The position numbers and the translations under genes are program-made. Shown here piece by piece: positions 58,347-64,000 of a DNA stretch of 64,000 nt (within the stretch, counting starts at the first letter, position 1; every line of letters starts with the position of its first letter). The notes beneath the pieces are model-generated. The model saw only the letters and a program-made list of their open reading frames with translations. It ran no database searches and had not been told where the DNA came from. Origin of the DNA: an uncultured Candidatus Saccharibacteria bacterium (lineage in GTDB: Bacteria > Patescibacteriota > Minisyncoccia > Phycocordibacterales > DATDWN01); contig CAYRYA010000004.1 in assembly GCA_964428435.1 (NCBI GenBank), positions 8,116 to 72,115 of the forward strand, given 5' to 3'.

Positions 58347-59054
58347 TTACATTCCTAAAACCACCGCACCCATGATTGCCGCAGTCTCTGCACGCAATAT
58401 TCTTGATCCAAGTGAAAACCCGGCAACATTGTATTGTTTAAAAAGTTTAATTTCTTCTTCACTCAATCCTCCTTCTGGCCCAATAAAGTACGCAAAAGAA
58501 TACTGTTCTACATGTGCCGCAATATACTGTTGTACTGGTGGATATTCTGGATGGAAAAATATTTTTTCTTGAGGAAGGATTCCGCTTTCAAAAAGTTTTG
58601 GAAGTGTTGTAAGCTCATGCACCTTAAGTAATTCTCCTCTTCCCGACTGCTCTGTTGCCTCTTGTACTATTTTTTGTAATCGCTCCATATTAAGCTTTTT
58701 CTTTTCACTTCGTTCTCCCAGAATAGGTACAATATGACTGACCCCAAGCTCAACTGCTTTTTGCACTACCAATTCAAAATTATCTTTTTTAATGAGCGAA
58801 AGGCAAAGCCAAATGTTTTTTGTAGGAGTGCTAATTTCTTTTGTTTCAAGTATTGAAAGCTCTGCGTCAGAAGGAGAAATTTTTGCAATTACTGCTCGAC
58901 ACTCAATCCCAGAACCATCAAATACAATCACCTGACTTCCCACATTATACCGAAACACTTTCCGCCACTGATGAATCAGGTCTCTGTTAGAAATCTGTAT
59001 ACTTTTCTCTTTTTCACCTATTTTTTCAGCAATATAAAATCGATGGAGTCTCAT
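58347..59054 (-). CDS. rsmE: 16S rRNA m3U1498 methyltransferase
   Basis: QKAVELGV, EATEQS.R, IGPEGG, LGSRILRAETA. Confidence 0.95.
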   Translation of the reverse strand: MRLHRFYIAEKIGEKEKSIQISNRDLIHQWRKVFRYNVGSQVIVFDGSGIECRAVIAKISPSDAELSILETKEISTPTKNIWLCLSLIKKDNFELVVQKAVELGVSHIVPILGERSEKKKLNMERLQKIVQEATEQSGRGELLKVHELTTLPKLFESGILPQEKIFFHPEYPPVQQYIAAHVEQYSFAYFIGPEGGLSEEEIKLFKQYNVAGFSLGSRILRAETAAIMGAVVLGM

Positions 59055-59109
59055 AAGATAATCATACAACATAAAAGCCTAGTACCAAAAGGTAACTAGG
59101 CTTCTCGAA

Positions 59110-59268
59110 CTACTTTGCCGGTGGAACTCTCAATCCGATCGGCATACCAATCCCATCAACTGGTGCAATCGATCTATACACAGCGAAACCAGAGAAAAGC
59201 ATGAACAGCGCCATCAGTATGACAATCACTGGCCATGCCGGATCCTTCTTGATGTTATTTGTATCCAT
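59110..59268 (-). CDS. Orphan 52 aa single-TM protein
   Basis: AAGGAGG 4 nt before ATG; hairpin AAGCCTAGT...ACTAGGCTT downstream. Confidence 0.6.
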   Translation of the reverse strand: MDTNNIKKDPAWPVIVILMALFMLFSGFAVYRSIAPVDGIGMPIGLRVPPAK

Positions 59269-59366
59269 CGAACCTCCTTCTTTAACAAGACTAGCATATT
59301 TTTTTTCTTTTGTTATAGTTAACATATTAACAATCAAATTGTATTCATTTAATCACGAACTTTCAC

Positions 59367-59470
59367 AATTTCTCCAAGGTTGCGTATAAAACTTAAAAAG
59401 GCTCGGAGGCGTACTTACCAGTACGATGAGAACCTTTTTCAAATTTTAGACGATGAGATTGGTGAAATTT
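59367..59470 (+). repeat. Family E nested hairpin element
   Basis: AGGTTGCGTATAAAA...GGAGGCGTAC-ttacca-GTACGATGAGAACC...GACGATGAGATT. Confidence 0.75.
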
Positions 59471-59492
59471 GGAAGTTCCAAACAACAAAACC

Positions 59493-60068
59493 ATGTCCTA
59501 TCTAGTACCAACTGTGATTGAGAAGACCAATATGGGTGAGCGAGCATATGATATTTACTCTCGCCTTCTAAAAGACAATATCATCTTCTTAGGTGGACCA
59601 ATTGATGACACTGTCGCAAACCTCGTGATTGCCCAACTTCTCTTCCTCCAATCTGAGGATCCTAAGAAGGATATTTCTATTTACATCAACTCTCCAGGAG
59701 GGTCAGCTTCTGCAACTCTCGCTATGATTGACACGATGAATCATATTAAAAACGATGTTTCTACTGTATGTATCGGTATGGCAGCATCAGGTGGTGCATG
59801 GATGCTCTCTGCAGGAACAAAAGGTAAGCGTTTCGCTCTCCCAAACGCTGAGATTATGATCCACCAACCACTCGGAGGTGCAGAAGGGCAAGCAACTGAT
59901 ATTGAGATCAGAGCAAAACAAATCCTCAAACTCCGCGAAAACCTCACAAAAATCATGGCTAAAAACACTGGTCAGACTGTAGCGAAGGTAGCTCAAGACA
60001 TTGATCGTGACTTCTGGATGAATTCAGAAGAAGCCAAGAAATATGGAATTATAGACAAAGTACTCTAA
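59493..60068 (+). CDS. clpP: ATP-dependent Clp protease proteolytic subunit
   Basis: [28 protein letters not shown]. Confidence 0.97.
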   Translation: MSYLVPTVIEKTNMGERAYDIYSRLLKDNIIFLGGPIDDTVANLVIAQLLFLQSEDPKKDISIYINSPGGSASATLAMIDTMNHIKNDVSTVCIGMAASGGAWMLSAGTKGKRFALPNAEIMIHQPLGGAEGQATDIEIRAKQILKLRENLTKIMAKNTGQTVAKVAQDIDRDFWMNSEEAKKYGIIDKVL

Positions 60069-60276
60069 AAGTAAGAAAAAACTGCACACTGTGCAGTTTT
60101 TTCTTACCAATTCGACAAAGTTAACTAATTAATGTATCGTGTAGATATTACCCATTTAAATTGTGTAACCGACTGCTTTCCAACTCCCGCCTTGACCGAA
60201 TATCTGCACTCCCCTTGTACTGACACCATAAAAACTTTTTAGGCTTCCGTGTAAGGCAGTAGGTTACTGTACGTAT

Positions 60277-61806
60277 ATGTCATTAAAAATAGTAGCAGCC
60301 CTTTTGGCTGGAGCATCCGTCATCGGACTTGCTTTAGGTTACTACCTACGACTGATCATTTCCCTCGGAAAACGTGGCTCTATGGAGCTTGAGCTCAAAC
60401 AAATGGAGCTTGCTGCAAAGGACCGTGAGAAAGAAATCATTGAAGGAGCAGAACAGAAAGCAGAGAAGATCCTTGAAGAGGCTCGAAGTGAAATAAAAGA
60501 AAAGGAAGAAAAAGCAAAAAAAACAGAAGAACGTCTCATCAAAAAAGAAGAGATGCTTGATAAACGTCAGATCGATATTGATTCTGAGGTTGATATGATT
60601 AAGGAAAAAATCGCTGAAATCAAAGAGATCCGCGAAAAGGCGGACAAACTTAAAGAAGAACGCCAAGCAGAACTTGAGCGAGTCGGACGCCTCTCTCCAG
60701 AAGAAGCAAAGAAAGAGATACTCACCAATACCGAACGTACATACGAAGCAGATATTTTGGCGCGTATGCAAAAACTTGAACGAAACGGTGAGGAACAGCT
60801 TTTGAAAAAAGCACAAGATATTCTTGCAACATCGATTCAACGTCTTGCAAACTCAGTGACTGCAGACATGCTCACTACCAACGTACCTATCCCCTCTGAT
60901 GAAATCAAGGGTAAGATTATTGGTAAAGAAGGGCGAAATATTAAAGCATTTGAGCGAATGAGTGGTGTTGAAATTATCGTAGACGACACACCAGGCTCTA
61001 TCACCATCTCATCATTCGACCCAGTCCGCCGACAAGTGGCAAAAGTAGCTCTCGAAAAACTCATCGCTGATGGACGTATTCAGCCTGCAAAAATCGAAGA
61101 AATGATCCAAAAAGCTCAGGAAGATATCAACAAAATGATAAAGGAGAAAGGAGAAGAAGCAGTCTATGAATGTGGAATCTTAAACCTTGACCCAAAAGTA
61201 GTTGCTATCCTTGGACGTCTTCACTACCGTACAAGTTACGGACAAAATGTCCTCGCCCACTCAGTTGAAATGGCTCATATTGCGGGAATGCTTGCAGAAG
61301 AACTTGGTGCAAATGTCCAAGTAGCAAAAGCTGGTGCACTCCTCCACGACCTCGGAAAAGCCCTCGACCATGAAGTTGCTGGTACGCATGTTGAAATCGG
61401 TCGTCGTATCTTGCAAAAATTTAACGTCGATGAAGCGGTAATCAAAGCAATGCAGGCACATCACGAAGAATACCCATATGAAACGATAGAATCCATCATT
61501 GTGCAGTGTGCCGATGCTATCTCAGGAAGTCGCCCTGGTGCTCGCCGTGACTCAGTAGAAAACTACTTGAAACGACTTGCAGACCTCGAAGGTGTGGCAA
61601 CATCATTTAAAGGTGTTGAGAAAGCATATGCCTTGCAGGCTGGCCGTGAAATCAGAATTTTTGTGACTCCACAAGAAGTAACTGATCTCGAAGCAAAAAA
61701 AATGGCACGAGATATCGCAACTCGAATCGAAGGTGAGTTGAAATATCCGGGAGAAATTAAGGTGAATGTGATTCGTGAAAGTAGAACGATCGAATACGCG
61801 AGATAG
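60277..61806 (+). CDS. rny: Ribonuclease Y
   Basis: N-terminal TM, coiled coil, KH IIGKEGRNI, HD LLHDLGK, ADAIS. Confidence 0.96.
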   Translation: MSLKIVAALLAGASVIGLALGYYLRLIISLGKRGSMELELKQMELAAKDREKEIIEGAEQKAEKILEEARSEIKEKEEKAKKTEERLIKKEEMLDKRQIDIDSEVDMIKEKIAEIKEIREKADKLKEERQAELERVGRLSPEEAKKEILTNTERTYEADILARMQKLERNGEEQLLKKAQDILATSIQRLANSVTADMLTTNVPIPSDEIKGKIIGKEGRNIKAFERMSGVEIIVDDTPGSITISSFDPVRRQVAKVALEKLIADGRIQPAKIEEMIQKAQEDINKMIKEKGEEAVYECGILNLDPKVVAILGRLHYRTSYGQNVLAHSVEMAHIAGMLAEELGANVQVAKAGALLHDLGKALDHEVAGTHVEIGRRILQKFNVDEAVIKAMQAHHEEYPYETIESIIVQCADAISGSRPGARRDSVENYLKRLADLEGVATSFKGVEKAYALQAGREIRIFVTPQEVTDLEAKKMARDIATRIEGELKYPGEIKVNVIRESRTIEYAR

Positions 61807-61876
61807 TCGAAAGTAAATACGAATACTAATTGGATTTTGACTTGATGGACTTGTGACTTTACGGACTTTCGACTTA
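61804..61876. repeat. Family C element after rny
   Basis: tagtcgaaagt...ttgacttgatggacttgtgactttacggactttcgactt. Confidence 0.75.
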
Positions 61877-61974
61877 CTCGTCAACCCCTTGCGCTCGAAA
61901 AGCCTTGGTATATAATAACTCTATAGTAGATAGGGTGAATCTTGAAAGATTACAAATTTAGTTTTACAACATCC

Positions 61975-62247
61975 ATGAATAAAGCATCATTGGTAGACGC
62001 AGTATATGCAGAGCTCGGTGGTACAAAAGTACAGGCTGAGAAAGTAGTTGATATTATCATTGATAATATCGTAGCTACTTTGAAAAAAGGTGGTGAGGTC
62101 TCTGTAGCAGGTCTTGGTATCTTTTCTACAAAAACTCGAGCAGCACGACAGGCTCGAAACCCACGAACTGGTGAATCAATCTCAGTTCCTGCGATGAAAG
62201 TACCTAAATTTAGAGCAGCTAAGGCACTTAAGGATGCAGTGAAGTAA
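61975..62247 (+). CDS. hup: DNA-binding protein HU
   Basis: MNKASLV, GLGIF, ARNPRTGE, PKFRA. Confidence 0.95.
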   Translation: MNKASLVDAVYAELGGTKVQAEKVVDIIIDNIVATLKKGGEVSVAGLGIFSTKTRAARQARNPRTGESISVPAMKVPKFRAAKALKDAVK

Positions 62248-62356
62248 TTATATTCTCTAGAGGATAGCAAAAAAGCACCATTTCTGGTGCTTTTTTGCTT
62301 ACAAAAGCCCGACCATGCGGTCGGGCTTGCATATCACTCGGATATGCTCGATTTAA

Positions 62357-64000
62357 TTACAACAAAGTTTCGGTAAAAGCGACAAGTTCTTCCCAGGTTT
62401 GGAAGTTTGCTTCTCGCTTCAATTCTGTTCTGACCAAATATCGCATTTGCGCGATCCGGTCATCAAGGTATGGGATATCTGGCTCGATAGGCAATTCTTT
62501 CGCCATATCTTCCAACTCCTCCCACGTATAGCGGCTGCGATTGATCCACCATGGAATGGTAGATGTAACGTTGTACGCCCAGTGCCGTCGACACGCCTGC
62601 TCCACAATGTCGCGCATTGCATCTACTTTTGTATTTGAATGCGTAGTACTGCGGTAGCGGAATGACCGATTTGTCTGAAATGGTTTGGTATCGGGATACA
62701 ACTCCACCTGGTCCGCAAGCAGGTTCTTCTCCACTTCAGGTGCAAAGCGAGCTGGCCGCCAACGAGCCGACTTGACGGTCAAGATGTTACGACCATACTT
62801 CTTAAGAAAGCTTACCCATTTCAAACCTTCAGATAAAGATTCACTCGGTAAGCCAATCATGATAAAAACGTGCGTATGAATGCCAGCATCTCGGAAATTT
62901 TTCAAAATCCGATCATAGCTCGATGGTGTGTTCCACTGCTTATGGATTTTGAGCAACGTATCTTTCGAAAGCGTCTCAAGTCCAAACTGCACCGCACGAC
63001 ACCCCGCTTCGTAGAGATCATGAGCTACTTGCGGGTTCAGGAGATTATCGGTGACCGTCAAATAGCATTGCCAGACGGCTTCATATCCAACACTACGGAG
63101 TTCTCGCCCCAACTCGAGTTGTCTCTGAATTGAAAAGAGCTCGTCTGCAATATCAAACTTATGAGCACCAGTCGATTGCATATGTTCTGCAATACGCCGA
63201 GGTGTCATTGAGCGAGGCTTGAGCTTCTGTACAGTATCGAGTCGTCCAGGAGCAAATGTATCTGACTGGACGGCAATAGCACAAAAGTCACATGCAAGTG
63301 GACAGTGAGACTGAGTGTAGAGCGTAGGTACCATTTCCGGCGCCCACTGTGTTGCTCCACCATCAAGAGCAGGTGTTGGAAGTGAATAGAAATCGGTTGG
63401 ACTTTTAGTTCGAGGATTTTTCACAACTTCAACACCTTTTCTCCAAATCATTCCCGATGTTGTACTCACATCCAAAGTTTCCGCAATCTCCTCCAAAGGC
63501 TGAAAACCTTCGGCATAAACTACCCCATCGAGATGTTTGAAGAGCTCGATGAATTCAGGATAAAGAGTCGGATCTGGCATTCTTCCAAAGAAGTTGCCGC
63601 CAACAATAACAACGCAGTCCGGGAGTGTATCTTTAACCATGGAGGCCAAGACGAGTCCGGGGAAAAGTTGTCGCTCATCACCAATCGATATACCGTAAAC
63701 ACGCGGATCAAAGACTTGTGCCACCGGAATCTCCACTTCAGCAAAGTATTGATACCAAAGGTGGTTTTCACGATTTTCAATCGCTTTCAAAACACCACTA
63801 ATGGAACCATCATGATACTGCGATTGGTAGATGACATTGTTACGCTCGAAGCGAAACTTGTCAGGGGTATTAATCTCTGTGGAAATTCGCTCGAGAGAAT
63901 AGCGTGCTTGATAATAACCATAAGCATTACCTTGCGCTACTCTCACAGCAGAAATTGCCATTTGAGCTACTAGACCACCGTGTTGCTTAAGCAGATACTC
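62357..64000 (-). CDS. B12-binding-type radical SAM protein, 5' truncated by the window edge
   Basis: CPLACDFC (CxxxCxxC), VIVGG, FGLET, IMIGLP; frame open to the window end. Confidence 0.85.
   Translation of the reverse strand, partial: EYLLKQHGGLVAQMAISAVRVAQGNAYGYYQARYSLERISTEINTPDKFRFERNNVIYQSQYHDGSISGVLKAIENRENHLWYQYFAEVEIPVAQVFDPRVYGISIGDERQLFPGLVLASMVKDTLPDCVVIVGGNFFGRMPDPTLYPEFIELFKHLDGVVYAEGFQPLEEIAETLDVSTTSGMIWRKGVEVVKNPRTKSPTDFYSLPTPALDGGATQWAPEMVPTLYTQSHCPLACDFCAIAVQSDTFAPGRLDTVQKLKPRSMTPRRIAEHMQSTGAHKFDIADELFSIQRQLELGRELRSVGYEAVWQCYLTVTDNLLNPQVAHDLYEAGCRAVQFGLETLSKDTLLKIHKQWNTPSSYDRILKNFRDAGIHTHVFIMIGLPSESLSEGLKWVSFLKKYGRNILTVKSARWRPARFAPEVEKNLLADQVELYPDTKPFQTNRSFRYRSTTHSNTKVDAMRDIVEQACRRHWAYNVTSTIPWWINRSRYTWEELEDMAKELPIEPDIPYLDDRIAQMRYLVRTELKREANFQTWEELVAFTETLL

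Overview
AT-rich bacterial chromosome segment, very probably from a Patescibacteria/CPR (Parcubacteria-like) organism. This rests on the missing rpmD (uL30) between rpsE and rplO, a split comEC, a type IV pilus cluster, and housekeeping genes that lack Shine-Dalgarno (SD) motifs and are often leaderless. The window holds ftsH, smpB, tmRNA, a type II toxin-antitoxin pair, infC-rpmI-rplT, a probable 6S RNA, the str/S10/spc ribosomal cluster with fusA, tuf, secY, adk and map, plus comEC, sod, rnhA, recJ, pgk, tpiA, pilB/pilC and pilins, nusA, ppa, tig, rsmE, clpP, rny, hup and a partial radical SAM gene. No rRNA, tRNA, CRISPR array, integrase or transposase was seen. The unexplained structure is intergenic. 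(1) Four families of palindromic elements built from short tandem units sit at gene junctions; one family occurs both empty and with a four-helix-bundle (23S-IVS/Avd-like) gene between its arms. (2) A nested hairpin family occurs about seven times, and one copy carries a covarying three-stem module also found just downstream of tmRNA. (3) About ten single-gene orphan cassettes with their own promoter and usually a terminator, most with an SD motif, are inserted between otherwise SD-less genes and break up the ribosomal operons. Everything was read by eye; element boundaries are approximate.
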